From: Candidatus Iainarchaeum sp.
Lineage (GTDB): Archaea > Iainarchaeota > Iainarchaeia > Iainarchaeales > JAAZKV01
DNA: 64,000 nucleotides
Assembly (NCBI GenBank): GCA_028702895.1
Contig: JAQVNZ010000001.1
Span: 36,235-100,234 of the forward strand
Reading direction: 5' to 3'
The notes below the pieces were generated by a model. It was given only the letters and a program-made list of their open reading frames with translations, made no database searches and was not told the DNA's origin. Both the position numbers and the translations under genes were made by a program. How positions within the stretch are numbered: position 1 is the stretch's first letter; each line of letters begins with the position of its first letter. Below, piece by piece: positions 25,211 to 34,868 of the stretch.

Positions 25211-26014
25211 ATGATTATTTTTTTGATTATAATGTTTAAAAAGGTGTTATTATTAATTTTTATTCTGTTATTCGTTGGAACTGTGTTTAGTATTCGGTTA
25301 GTTGAACCAATTTCAAAAGAATTAAATGATAACGATTTTGTTGGTTCTATTGAACCTGGGCAAACTCTTGAATTAATTATTTCTAAAGAACTTGGTCGTT
25401 TTAATTCGGTTGAATTAACTTCTGATTTACCATCTTTTTTTAATATTTCAATAAAAGATTATTTAGAATCTGTTAAAATAATAATTGAATCAAATGAGCG
25501 AACACCAAGAACTAATTATTTTTTTTCTTTTAATTTAAAGGGTAAATCGTCTGTTAAAAATGTGCGAGTTTTTTTTTCAGTTACTGATTCTCTATTAGAT
25601 GCTACTTTACTAAATTATTCTTCAAGCACTAATGTTAATGATCCTGCGAATTATGATTTGCTTTTAATTAATAATTCTGATGCGGATGCAAAATTTTTGT
25701 TAAATGTTAATTTACCCTGGTTTTGGTTGTCTAATAATTTAGATACTGAAAATGCGGGTTTTGTTATTGTTCCAAAACAACAAAAAATAATTCAAAAATT
25801 AGTTGTTTTTCCAAGAGTTCAAGGAAATCATTATTTTAAAGTTCATTTAGATTTGCAAACTAAAAATAATTCTAAAGAATTTACGCTTTATTCTAATGCT
25901 AAACCAACGCTTGCGTCTAAGTTTAATTCTTCTTTAAGTGGTTTGCCTTTTTATTCAATTTCTGTGCTTCCAAGCTATTTTTTAAATAGTGTTTTTTCAG
26001 TTCTATTTAACTAA
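25211..26014 (+). CDS. Hypothetical secreted/membrane-anchored beta-rich protein
   Basis: It has an N-terminal TM (VLLLIFILLFVGTVFS), an S/N/T-rich body and a hydrophobic C-terminus. No family was recognised. Confidence 0.45.
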   Translation: MIIFLIIMFKKVLLLIFILLFVGTVFSIRLVEPISKELNDNDFVGSIEPGQTLELIISKELGRFNSVELTSDLPSFFNISIKDYLESVKIIIESNERTPRTNYFFSFNLKGKSSVKNVRVFFSVTDSLLDATLLNYSSSTNVNDPANYDLLLINNSDADAKFLLNVNLPWFWLSNNLDTENAGFVIVPKQQKIIQKLVVFPRVQGNHYFKVHLDLQTKNNSKEFTLYSNAKPTLASKFNSSLSGLPFYSISVLPSYFLNSVFSVLFN

Positions 26015-26035
26015 TTTTTTGTTTATTATTTTTTT

Positions 26036-27616
26036 ATGAGTTCTTTAAAAAATAAGATTGATTATTCAAATCAAATAATAAAAGATATTAAATCTAATAA
26101 AATAAATTCTTTACGGGATTTAGAATTAGTTCAATTTTCTTATTGTAAAAAATTTAATTTGGATAGTGTTCCGACAAGGCCTTTCATTTTAAGCCAGGCT
26201 AAGAATCCGTCTAAAAAAATTTTAAATATTCTTTCAATAAAACCAACTAGAAGTTTATCTGGTGTTCAAGTTATAGCGGTTATGTTACCTCCGTTTGAGT
26301 GTCCGGGGAAATGTGTTTATTGTCCGTCTTCATTTGTAGGTAAGACTGCGCCTCAATCATATACTGGTTTTGAACCATCTACTTTGAGGGCTCAAAGGTT
26401 AGGTTATGATGCGTTTAAAATCGTTTCAAATAGAATTTCTCAATTAGATGCTACAGGTAATTTTGCTAATAAGATAGAATTAATTTTTCAAGGAAGTTCA
26501 TTTACTGTTTTACCAATTTCAAAACAAAATAATATTATTAAAAAAAGTATTGATGCTGTAACTGGGATAAGATCAAAATCTATTTATGAAGCAAAAAAAA
26601 ATGCAGAAATTTCTAAAAGAAGAATTGTTGGAATGACTTTTGAAACTCGCCCGGATTATTGTTTTAAAGAAGATATTAAACAAATGCTTTTTTTAGGAGG
26701 TACTAGAATTGAATTAGGTGTTCAAAATCCGGATAATTTAATTTATAAAAAAATAGCGCGAGGACACACGGTTAGTGATGTTGTAGACTCAACTTTGTTG
26801 TTAAAAGATTCCGGATTTAAAATTCTTTATCATTTAATGCCAGGTTTACCTGGGAGTAATTATTCTACTGATTTAAAAAATTTTAGAAAAATTTTTTCTT
26901 CGCCTGAATTTAAACCAGATATGGTAAAATTTTATCCTTGTTTGGTAATAAAAGGGACTAAACTTTATAATGATTGGAAGAAAGGTGATTTTGTTCCAAT
27001 GGATGAAAAAAAAGCGGTTAAGTTATTATCTGTGATTAAATCTGAATTGCCTCCATGGGTTAGAGTTATGCGAGTGAATAGGGACATTCCTAGTACTATT
27101 ATTAGCGCGGGAGTAATGAAAACAAATTTAAGACAATTAATTCAACAAAATTTGCTGGATGTGGGTAAAAAATGTAATTGTATTCGGTGTAGAGAGGTCG
27201 GGTTAGTTTCTAGAAATAAAACTGATTTTTTGGAACCAAAACTTAAAACAATTTCATATGATAGTTCTAAAGGTAAAGAAATATTTATTTCATTTGAATC
27301 AAAAAATTGTTTGTATGGTTTTACTAGGTTAAGAATTCCGTTTAAACCATTCATGAAACAAATTGACTCTAAAACTGCGATTATACGAGAATTGCATGTT
27401 TATGGAAAAGCATTAAATTTAGGAGAAAAAGATATGGTTTCTGCACAACACACTGGTTTTGGAAAAGCATTAATACAAGAAGCAGAAAAAATTGCGGTGA
27501 ATGATTTTGATTCAAAAAAAATGGTTATAATATCTGGGCTTGGTGTAAGAGAATATTATAGAAAAAATTTTGAGTATACAAATGATGGTCCGTTTGTTTC
27601 AAAGAAATTAGTTTAG
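26036..27616 (+). CDS. elp3: Elp3-type tRNA uridine(34) modification enzyme (radical SAM + GNAT)
   Basis: It has a radical-SAM cluster CPGKCVYCPSS, the conserved Elp3 core (ETRPDYC, RIELGVQ, YHLMPGLPG, KFYPCLV) and a C-terminal acetyltransferase region (IRELHVYG...HTGFGKALI.EAE). Confidence 0.85.
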   Translation: MSSLKNKIDYSNQIIKDIKSNKINSLRDLELVQFSYCKKFNLDSVPTRPFILSQAKNPSKKILNILSIKPTRSLSGVQVIAVMLPPFECPGKCVYCPSSFVGKTAPQSYTGFEPSTLRAQRLGYDAFKIVSNRISQLDATGNFANKIELIFQGSSFTVLPISKQNNIIKKSIDAVTGIRSKSIYEAKKNAEISKRRIVGMTFETRPDYCFKEDIKQMLFLGGTRIELGVQNPDNLIYKKIARGHTVSDVVDSTLLLKDSGFKILYHLMPGLPGSNYSTDLKNFRKIFSSPEFKPDMVKFYPCLVIKGTKLYNDWKKGDFVPMDEKKAVKLLSVIKSELPPWVRVMRVNRDIPSTIISAGVMKTNLRQLIQQNLLDVGKKCNCIRCREVGLVSRNKTDFLEPKLKTISYDSSKGKEIFISFESKNCLYGFTRLRIPFKPFMKQIDSKTAIIRELHVYGKALNLGEKDMVSAQHTGFGKALIQEAEKIAVNDFDSKKMVIISGLGVREYYRKNFEYTNDGPFVSKKLV

Positions 27617-27651
27617 GTTGTATTTTTAATAGTTTAATAATTAATTTTATT

Positions 27652-28011
27652 ATGATTGAGTTTATTTTATTTGGGATAATAATTTTTTTAATTATAATTC
27701 TTTTTTTTATTATTTCGCATATTTTTGTTTTAAAAGATGAAATTGCTTCGTTACAATATTTGAAACGTTCTCAAAGTGTGAAATATGGTCAATTAACAGA
27801 ACAATGGATTCCGTTTTCAAATAAATTTCCTTTTAATTCGCAAAATTTTCGTTTTATTGGAAAACCAATTGATGGTTTAGTTTTTGAAGAGGATAAAATT
27901 GTTTTTGTTGAATTTAAAACAAATAAATCGAATCTTAGTAGTGTTCAAAAGAAATTTAAAAGAATAATAGAAGATAAAAAAGTTGAATGGTTTGAATTAA
28001 GAATGGATTAA
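27652..28011 (+). CDS. Membrane-anchored Hjc-related endonuclease-fold protein (COG4741-like)
   Basis: An N-terminal TM is followed by RSQSVKYGQLTEQWIPF...FRFIGKPIDGLVFEEDKIVFVEFKTNKSNLSSVQKKFKRII. This restriction-endonuclease-like D..E.K arrangement matches what I recall for this family. Confidence 0.65.
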   Translation: MIEFILFGIIIFLIIILFFIISHIFVLKDEIASLQYLKRSQSVKYGQLTEQWIPFSNKFPFNSQNFRFIGKPIDGLVFEEDKIVFVEFKTNKSNLSSVQKKFKRIIEDKKVEWFELRMD

Positions 28012-28027
28012 TCTTTTTTTACTAGTA

Positions 28028-29068
28028 TTAGTTTTCTTGTTTTACATATCTTAATGTTGCAACTATTCCGCCCATATTATAAATTATTTTTTCTTGAGAA
28101 TTTTTTGAGGATATAATAGTTATTTTTGTTCCAAACTTTTCTGCATGATCCATTATTTCTTCACACAATTTTCTGTTTTCTAATAAAAATTTTTCTGATA
28201 TTAAAAGTTGTTCAACTTTTCCGTCATTAATACTATTTTTTATTTCAAGCGTTCCATATTCCGCTTTATTTTTTGAAAGATTTTTTAAAAAATCTTCAAT
28301 TAATTGAGTTTCTTTTGTTAGTTGTAAATTTTTTTCAACTAATTCTAATTTTCCACTACTAAGCAGTTCTCTTAACCCGGTTTCGCCAACAGAATTAATC
28401 GTTTCTGTTATTATTGTTGGAAATTTTGGAATATGTTTTTCTTCTACAAATTTTTTAAAATTTTCTTTTACAAATCCTGGTCCAACTATTAATATTTTTT
28501 TTGGTTCTAATTGTTTTATTTTTTCTAATATTTCATCAAAATAATAACTTTTTTGTTCAGAATACATTTTTCCTTGTTTATTTGATTTTATTTTAGCTTT
28601 TTTGTTTGTTGAAAATTGGTTTACAAATAATAATTCAGCACTTTCATCATCCATTATAATTGCTAATAATTTTGAAGAACTACTTTCTTGTTGTGCTTTT
28701 TTTAATCTTTCAATTTGCCAATTTTGTATTTTAGTTTTTTTTATTTTCAAAATTTCTTTTGGAATTATGTCAATACTTTGATGTGCTTTTAATTCAATAA
28801 ATTCTTTTGGATTACCGCCAATTATTATTCCGCCTATTTTTAGGTTTTCGCTAAATTCTTGAAAATGAACATTTTCAACTTCTAATTCTACAAAAATTGT
28901 TTGGCGGATTGTTTTTTCCCCTTCTTTACTGGGTTTAATTTTTCTATCCGTTTTTCCATAAATAATATCATTTTTTTCAATTATTTTTTCTAAATGCCAC
29001 AAGTCATCTAAAGTTTCAGGTATAACTAGTATTTCGTTTAGTTTTTGATTAATTTTAATTATTTTCAT
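28028..29068 (-). CDS. pelA: Pelota (Dom34) ribosome-rescue / mRNA surveillance factor
   Basis: It has the typical aPelota N-terminus (..ILVIPETLDDLWHLEKII...D.IYGKT.RK) followed by eRF1-like middle and C-terminal domains, and is about 346 aa long. Confidence 0.85.
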   Translation of the reverse strand: MKIIKINQKLNEILVIPETLDDLWHLEKIIEKNDIIYGKTDRKIKPSKEGEKTIRQTIFVELEVENVHFQEFSENLKIGGIIIGGNPKEFIELKAHQSIDIIPKEILKIKKTKIQNWQIERLKKAQQESSSSKLLAIIMDDESAELLFVNQFSTNKKAKIKSNKQGKMYSEQKSYYFDEILEKIKQLEPKKILIVGPGFVKENFKKFVEEKHIPKFPTIITETINSVGETGLRELLSSGKLELVEKNLQLTKETQLIEDFLKNLSKNKAEYGTLEIKNSINDGKVEQLLISEKFLLENRKLCEEIMDHAEKFGTKITIISSKNSQEKIIYNMGGIVATLRYVKQEN

Positions 29069-29122
29069 AAAAACTAGTTGGTTAGAAGGGTTTTAAACTA
29101 ATTCGGATTTAATCTTTCATAA

Positions 29123-29533
29123 ATGGTTATCAAAAAAAAATCAGATTTTGCATCAATTGTTGAGGCTATCATTAAAAACGATGCTGGGGAAATTTTGCTT
29201 TTAAAAAGAAGTAATCATAATACTTTTTTTACTGGTTTGTGGCAATTAGCTGGGGGCAAAGTAGAATTTGGCGAAAATATTGAATCCGCGGTTAAGCGTG
29301 AGATTTTTGAAGAAACTGGTTGTAATTGTATTAACTCTAAATTAGAAAAAGTTTTTTCTTTTTATGAAGAATTTAATGGGTTTAAAGGAACCCTTTTTTT
29401 AATGGTTTATTCGTGTGAAATAAATGATTCGATTAAACTTTCAAAAGATCATGATGAATTTGGATTTTTTAGTATGACTCAAATAAAAAAAATGAAATTA
29501 GCACCTATTTCTAAAAAAGCTATTTTTGGATAA
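29123..29533 (+). CDS. NUDIX hydrolase
   Basis: It contains the Nudix box GGKVEFGENIESAVKREIFEETG. Confidence 0.8.
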   Translation: MVIKKKSDFASIVEAIIKNDAGEILLLKRSNHNTFFTGLWQLAGGKVEFGENIESAVKREIFEETGCNCINSKLEKVFSFYEEFNGFKGTLFLMVYSCEINDSIKLSKDHDEFGFFSMTQIKKMKLAPISKKAIFG

Positions 29534-29571
29534 GTTTTTTATTTTTGCTTTTTTATTTTAAATAATTTTTT

Positions 29572-31323
29572 TCATTTATAATATTTATTAGATTTTTTTT
29601 GTTCTCTATCTAACACAGAATCAAATTTATTTATTCGCGGTCGTTTTGTTTCATTATCTCGTCTAACTGTAATTTCTAAATATTCTAATAAATTATTCAT
29701 TCCTTCTTCAACACCATATGGCCCAAAAGCGTTTCCTTGTATTGCTGGTTCTCCTTTGAAAACCATTATTTTGTCACTTACATAATCAATGAATGTTAAA
29801 TCATGATCAATTATTATTGCTGAACATTTATTTACTAAAATGTGTGTTCGAATTACTTTTCCAACATTTAATCTTTGTTCTATATCTAGATATGCTGATG
29901 GTTCATCTAGTAAATAAATATCTGCTTCTTTACCTAAACAAAGTGCTATGGATACTCTTTGAAATTCTCCCCCAGATAATGTTTTAGCTTTTTTTTCAAA
30001 AAGTTCTTCAATTTCAAGATTTTTTATTATACTATTTTTTATTTTTTCTAAATCAAGTCCTTCAAATAATTCTAATACTGTTTTTTCACCAGTGTAAGAA
30101 ATGTATTGGGGTTTGTAAGAAATTTTTACTTTGCTTTCAAGAGTAGTATTGTCGGGTTGTATTTCGTTTGCAAGCATTTTCATAAAAGTAGTTTTTCCAA
30201 TTCCATTTGGACCAACTATTCCCACTACATCATTAAAATTAATTGATTTTGCTTCTACGTTTAATTTAAATTTTCCAAGAGTTTTATTTAATTTTGGCCA
30301 CTGGATTATTTTTTCTTTTTTTTGAGTGTTTTCATTTTTTGTGTTTGAAAAAAAATCTATTTTATATTCTCTAAACCTATAATTTTCTTCTTTTGAATAA
30401 CCTTCTAAGTAATCATTAATTCCTTCTCTAGTTGTTTTTATTTGTGATACCATTCCGTAAACTCTTGGTTTTCCATATATTAAATGAACTAAATCACTTA
30501 AATAATCTAATAAAATTAGGTCGTGTTCTACTACCATCACTGCTTTTTTTTGAGATAATTTTCGTATAAATTTTGCAACTCTTAATCTTTCACGTATATC
30601 TAAGAATGATGTTGGTTCATCAAAAAAATATAAATCTGCATCTTTTAACCCGGTGGCTGCAATTGCTATTTTTTGAAATTCTCCGCCCGATAATTCTTCT
30701 ACATTTCGGTCTAGTATTGATTCTAGTCCTAGGTCTTGCACGATTTCATTTAATATATTTTTTTCATCAATTTTTTTTAGTAAATCAAATACTTTTCCTT
30801 TAATTTTTATTAATTCAATGTTTTGTGGTTTTAACGATATTTTATTTTTTCCAGAATAAAGTTTTTCAAAAAAACTATGCGCTTCTTTTCCTTTATAATA
30901 TTCTAATACTTTTTCTTTTGTTGTATTATCTTCTCCAAAATTAGGGATTATTGTGTCGGATAATATTTTTAGGATAGTTGTTTTTCCAATTCCGTTCCTT
31001 CCAATTAACCCAATTGTTTTTTCTTCTTTTGGTATTGGTAAACCATGTAATCTAAACATGTTCTCTCCATATGAGTGAATGGGTTTGTCTAGGTTAAAAG
31101 ATAAATTAATTATGCTTATTGCGTTAAATGGGCAACGATTTTGACAAATTTCACAACCAATACAGAGATCTTCTGATATTTTTGGTTTTTGTCCTTTTTC
31201 ATTAGTAATACATTCTTGGCCGTTTCTGTTTATTGGACATAATTTTTTGCATAAATAATCTCCGCATTTTTCAAAATTGCATTTTTCGTATTCGATTACT
31301 GCAATTCTTTTCTTGTTATTCAT
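29572..31323 (-). CDS. abce1: ABCE1 / RNase L inhibitor (ribosome-recycling ABC ATPase with an N-terminal 4Fe-4S domain)
   Basis: Two ferredoxin-type clusters sit at the N-terminus (CNFEKCGDYLCKKLCP; CIGCEICQNRCP). Two ABC cassettes follow (GRNGIGKTT ... LSGGEFQ ... FFDEPTS; GPNGIGKTT ... LSGGEFQ ... LLDEPSA). Confidence 0.9.
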   Translation of the reverse strand: MNNKKRIAVIEYEKCNFEKCGDYLCKKLCPINRNGQECITNEKGQKPKISEDLCIGCEICQNRCPFNAISIINLSFNLDKPIHSYGENMFRLHGLPIPKEEKTIGLIGRNGIGKTTILKILSDTIIPNFGEDNTTKEKVLEYYKGKEAHSFFEKLYSGKNKISLKPQNIELIKIKGKVFDLLKKIDEKNILNEIVQDLGLESILDRNVEELSGGEFQKIAIAATGLKDADLYFFDEPTSFLDIRERLRVAKFIRKLSQKKAVMVVEHDLILLDYLSDLVHLIYGKPRVYGMVSQIKTTREGINDYLEGYSKEENYRFREYKIDFFSNTKNENTQKKEKIIQWPKLNKTLGKFKLNVEAKSINFNDVVGIVGPNGIGKTTFMKMLANEIQPDNTTLESKVKISYKPQYISYTGEKTVLELFEGLDLEKIKNSIIKNLEIEELFEKKAKTLSGGEFQRVSIALCLGKEADIYLLDEPSAYLDIEQRLNVGKVIRTHILVNKCSAIIIDHDLTFIDYVSDKIMVFKGEPAIQGNAFGPYGVEEGMNNLLEYLEITVRRDNETKRPRINKFDSVLDREQKKSNKYYK

Positions 31324-31358
31324 AATTTAATTTTCTAGGAAAAGGTATAATAAAGTCA

Positions 31359-31757
31359 CTAGTATTTTTTTAAGGTTATTATTTTTGACAAATTTATTGA
31401 AAATTCTAGTTCATTAGTTATTATTTGAGAAAAACAATTTAGTTTTCCTGTTGCGTTTTGATCTTTTAAAATATAATTTGGTTTATCGCAAGAGAGTACT
31501 GTGTCATCAAATATTAGTGTGTGTAAGTCAGTTGCTTTTTGATTAATACAAGTTTCTATTTCAGGATTTGATTTTTGCCAGTTACAATCCTGTATGGATT
31601 GATTTAATATTATTTCATAATTAGTTAAAATTATTTTTGTATTAGTTATTTGATTACTATAATCTGTAATTGAATAATTATTATTAATTCCTATGAATAA
31701 TATTGTGATAATCGTTACACTAAGTACTACTAGTATGGATACAAATCCTTTTTTCAT
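31359..31757 (-). CDS. Pilin-like protein (N-terminal class III signal/TM), last gene of the pilus locus
   Basis: MKKGFVSILVVLSVTIITILFIG is a basic-Gly N-terminus plus hydrophobic helix. The 4-nt overlap with the upstream gene suggests coupling. Confidence 0.5.
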   Translation of the reverse strand: MKKGFVSILVVLSVTIITILFIGINNNYSITDYSNQITNTKIILTNYEIILNQSIQDCNWQKSNPEIETCINQKATDLHTLIFDDTVLSCDKPNYILKDQNATGKLNCFSQIITNELEFSINLSKIITLKKY

Positions 31758-32023
31758 TCAAATCCCTCGCAGATAATATTTTTTTTAAATGTTTGTGTTG
31801 TGACATTGTATAAAATTATTTTATTACAAAAAAGATTATTTTTATCTATGTTAGTGTGTGTGGCCTGATAATAAATTGAATTCGTTTGATTGCTTTGAAT
31901 ATTTGTTAAAAAATTATTATTTTGATTAGTGTATTGGTTGGTGTTTGTGCCAATTATAATTAGGGTGCTTAACAAAATAATTATTGTTAATATCATTTCT
32001 ATTGAAAAAATAAATCCTTTCAT
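31754..32023 (-). CDS. Pilin-like protein (class III signal-like N-terminus)
   Basis: It begins MKGFIFSIEMILTIIILLSTLIII. It has 4-nt overlaps with both neighbours. Confidence 0.5.
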   Translation of the reverse strand: MKGFIFSIEMILTIIILLSTLIIIGTNTNQYTNQNNNFLTNIQSNQTNSIYYQATHTNIDKNNLFCNKIILYNVTTQTFKKNIICEGFE

Positions 32024-32493
32024 TTACTCACCATTAATTTTATATTTTTTTTAGGATATCTACACGCGTTACCAGCCAAACAATTGTTTAAGTCATTAAA
32101 AGTTATTTCTTCTGTACAGGTGAATATTTCGTTTTCAATAACAATTATTTCTTGTTGGTTAGAATTAATTTCGTTAAATTTTACTTCGTTACCTATTGTA
32201 AGTTTTATTTTGTTATTAATTAAGCCAATATCTTTTTTTAATTGATTAATATCTGTTAACATTGTTTCATTTAATGTAAATGCTAGTGTGGTATCTCCTA
32301 ATTTACAAGCATACTTATTATTTGTTAGTGCAATAAAAGATGAATTTGCTTTTTGTGAAAGAGTATCAAATTGTATTGTTTCATTATTTGTATTATTTTT
32401 TATTTCAAAAGTATTTAATAATAATCCAAAAAAGGTTATGCAAAGAACCATTGCAAGCAAAAAATCAATTGAAAAAATTTGGCCTTTAATCAT
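32020..32493 (-). CDS. Pilin-like protein with a KGQ class III signal motif
   Basis: It begins MIKGQIFSIDFLLAMVLCITFFGLLL. The KG|Q motif followed by a hydrophobic helix is the archaeal prepilin pattern. Confidence 0.6.
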   Translation of the reverse strand: MIKGQIFSIDFLLAMVLCITFFGLLLNTFEIKNNTNNETIQFDTLSQKANSSFIALTNNKYACKLGDTTLAFTLNETMLTDINQLKKDIGLINNKIKLTIGNEVKFNEINSNQQEIIVIENEIFTCTEEITFNDLNNCLAGNACRYPKKNIKLMVSK

Positions 32494-32863
32494 TTTTAAT
32501 CACCAAATAATTATTTTCAATAAAAATATTTTTTTTATTTTGTATTGTTGCGCTAGTTTTAAAATTAGTGTCTTTTATTTCTAAATATAAATAGTTTTCA
32601 TCAAAACTTATTATTGGTAAAATTTTTTGGTCATCAAAATTTAGTTCTTTTATTTTTACTAAAATATTATAATCAAAATCTTCTAGTGCTTCACTAGCAA
32701 TTATCAGTGATGCGTAATTATTAGTATTTATTTTTAATTCATTTTCAATAGCAATTAATTTGTGGTTGTTTAATATTTCTCCAAAAATTATTGTTGTTGA
32801 ACTAATAAAAATAAGGAGTGCAATTATTGTTAATATTAAATCAATACTTATTTGGCCTTTCAT
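32486..32863 (-). CDS. Pilin-like protein with a KGQ class III signal motif
   Basis: It begins MKGQISIDLILTIIALLIFISS. It overlaps the downstream gene by 8 nt. Confidence 0.6.
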   Translation of the reverse strand: MKGQISIDLILTIIALLIFISSTTIIFGEILNNHKLIAIENELKINTNNYASLIIASEALEDFDYNILVKIKELNFDDQKILPIISFDENYLYLEIKDTNFKTSATIQNKKNIFIENNYLVIKND

Positions 32864-32898
32864 AAAGTATCATACCATTCTTTTCTTTTTAATTTTGT

Positions 32899-33264
32899 CT
32901 AATCTATTAATTCAATGTCTAATTTGTTAGATTTGTCATCAAATACATTAATTATAGTATTATTTGTGTCTAATCCAATTATTACATTTATTAAATATCT
33001 TTTAAAGAATTTTTTATCTGCTGTGCTTGGGAATGTACTCCCGTTTGGGTGTGAATGTAAACTACCAAGTATAGTATTATCTATTGGAATATTGTAAGTG
33101 TTAACACTAGAATAATCATCTCCGTTTAAAGTTGGTATTAATACTATTTCATTAATTTCCTTTGCTTCTTTGTCCCCGCTTAAAAAACATAAAAATTCTT
33201 TTGGATAATAATTTTTCGCTGATTGAATAACATCTTCTATTAAATTTTTTTTAATCTTCCACAT
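32899..33264 (-). CDS. Minimal JAMM/MPN+ metalloprotease (121 aa)
   Basis: The JAMM motif is complete: a Glu in EFLCFLSG, then HSHPNGSTFPSTAD (H-x-H-x7-S-x2-D). Confidence 0.8.
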   Translation of the reverse strand: MWKIKKNLIEDVIQSAKNYYPKEFLCFLSGDKEAKEINEIVLIPTLNGDDYSSVNTYNIPIDNTILGSLHSHPNGSTFPSTADKKFFKRYLINVIIGLDTNNTIINVFDDKSNKLDIELID

Positions 33265-33267
33265 AAA

Positions 33268-34443
33268 TTATATTAATTGGAAAAGATAGAAAAATAGGAC
33301 TGGTATGATTAAAAAACCTAGACAAGTACTTCGTTTTATTTTTGTTTGAATAGTTATTAGTCCTAATGCTGTTGAAAAAACTAATGCGATAAAACCAATT
33401 AATCCATTAAAAAAAATAACTAATATTATAATAAATATTATAATTATTTTTTCTAATAAATTTTTTTCTTGTAATTTCATAAAAAAATTATTTTTTGTTT
33501 TTGCGATTTTTTTAGATAAATAAATAGTTATTATTCCTGCGATTCCTGCGGATATTAATATTGTTGCGCAACCTAAAAAAATTGTTTGATCTGTTAAAAT
33601 AATTTTTTCTTTTAAAAATACCATTGCGCCGTTTCTTGTTTTTGATAAAAATAATAAAACAGGTATTGAAAATATAAAATTGCTCGTGTTAATACTTCCT
33701 AATAATACTAAATAATTTTTTGTTTTTATTTTTTGTCTAAATATTCTTATTATTGCAGCCGCTAAATTATTTCCTATTCCTGGAACAAATGCTACTATTG
33801 CGCCTCCAATAATTCCTGTTATTGCATCAATTGTTTTATTTTTTTCAATGTTAAAATTTGTTTGTTGTGTTTTTGTAATTGGTTTTTTTATTGTAGAATT
33901 TATTAGTGTTGAAATTCCAAAGTACCCGCTTATCAATGGGAATATTTGGTTAGTAAAAATCATTCCGTGTGTTGCTGAAATAATTATTATTATCATTGCG
34001 AGAATTTTTTTATTTCTAGTTTTTTCTGTTAGAATTAAAACGAGTGTGGAAAAAATTAGTATGATTGGAATAATTATTTCAAAATTAGTTGGAAAAAATT
34101 CTATGAATTTAATAAAAAATGGGAAACACATTATGGATACTATTGTGGCAATAATTCCCCCAAATACGGTTAAACTTATTGCTTCGTGTCCTTTTCCTTC
34201 TAAAAACATTTTGTGTCCGGGTAGTATTCCTTCAAAAGAACTTTCTCCTGCTGCCCCAATAAAAATGGTTGGAATAAAGTCTACAAAACTTTGTGTTGTT
34301 ACCATGCTTAATACAAATATTAGCGCTTCGTTTCCAAATAAGGGTGTTAGAAAAGCAATTTGAGTTATATTGTTGGTGTGTATTCCAGGTATTAATCCTG
34401 CGATGGTGCCCATTATTATTCCTAATATTAGATAAAGAATCAT
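33268..34443 (-). CDS. Polytopic membrane protein, TctA/DUF112-like
   Basis: It has about 10-11 TM segments. GLIPGIHTNNI and VAFVPGIGNNLAAAI resemble the repeated G.lPG(l/i)g motif of the TctA/DUF112 family as I recall it. The gap to the JAMM gene is 3 nt. Confidence 0.5.
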   Translation of the reverse strand: MILYLILGIIMGTIAGLIPGIHTNNITQIAFLTPLFGNEALIFVLSMVTTQSFVDFIPTIFIGAAGESSFEGILPGHKMFLEGKGHEAISLTVFGGIIATIVSIMCFPFFIKFIEFFPTNFEIIIPIILIFSTLVLILTEKTRNKKILAMIIIIISATHGMIFTNQIFPLISGYFGISTLINSTIKKPITKTQQTNFNIEKNKTIDAITGIIGGAIVAFVPGIGNNLAAAIIRIFRQKIKTKNYLVLLGSINTSNFIFSIPVLLFLSKTRNGAMVFLKEKIILTDQTIFLGCATILISAGIAGIITIYLSKKIAKTKNNFFMKLQEKNLLEKIIIIFIIILVIFFNGLIGFIALVFSTALGLITIQTKIKRSTCLGFLIIPVLFFYLFQLI

Positions 34444-34769
34444 TTTTTTATCACTTTTAGTGCTAATAATTCTATTTCGTTATTATATTGGGTAGTTTCA
34501 CCGTATACCTCTACCTTATCACCAATTTGTATTTCAAATTTTTTTGAATAAAATACTTTTATTTTTTCTTCGTTTTGTAGAATAAAAATTAGGGGTTCTT
34601 CACGTAGAATATAATCTACTCTTCCAATTACTATTCCTTTACTACCTATAGTTGAATGCATTTCGCTAATTGTTTTTTCCTTAAATTCTTCTTCGTAAAA
34701 TATTATGAAAACAAAAAGGCCAATAATTGTTATTAGAATACAAATTTGTATTAAATGTCTTTCTTGCAT
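34440..34769 (-). CDS. Membrane-anchored OB-fold-like protein
   Basis: An N-terminal TM (LIQICILITIIGLFVFIIF) is followed by a beta-rich segment (GIVIGRVDYILREEPLIFILQNEEKIKVFYSKKFEIQIGDKVEVYGETTQYNNEIELL). That segment resembles tRNA_anti-type OB folds. The call is weak. Confidence 0.4.
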   Translation of the reverse strand: MQERHLIQICILITIIGLFVFIIFYEEEFKEKTISEMHSTIGSKGIVIGRVDYILREEPLIFILQNEEKIKVFYSKKFEIQIGDKVEVYGETTQYNNEIELLALKVIKK

Positions 34770-34868
34770 TATACTATTTTATTATTTTTATTAAAAAGAA
34801 ATAGCTTTTTTTCGTTGATTGACGTTATTATTATGGATTGTTTATTTTTCGAATTTTTATTAATTTTT

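Noticed and set aside
32899-33264. A search for a ubiquitin-like (SAMP/ThiS/MoaD) or E1-like partner for the JAMM protease.
   Set aside because: No small ORF ending in a Gly-Gly motif and no E1/MoeB-like gene occurs anywhere in the 64 kb, so no Ubl system can be claimed from this window.
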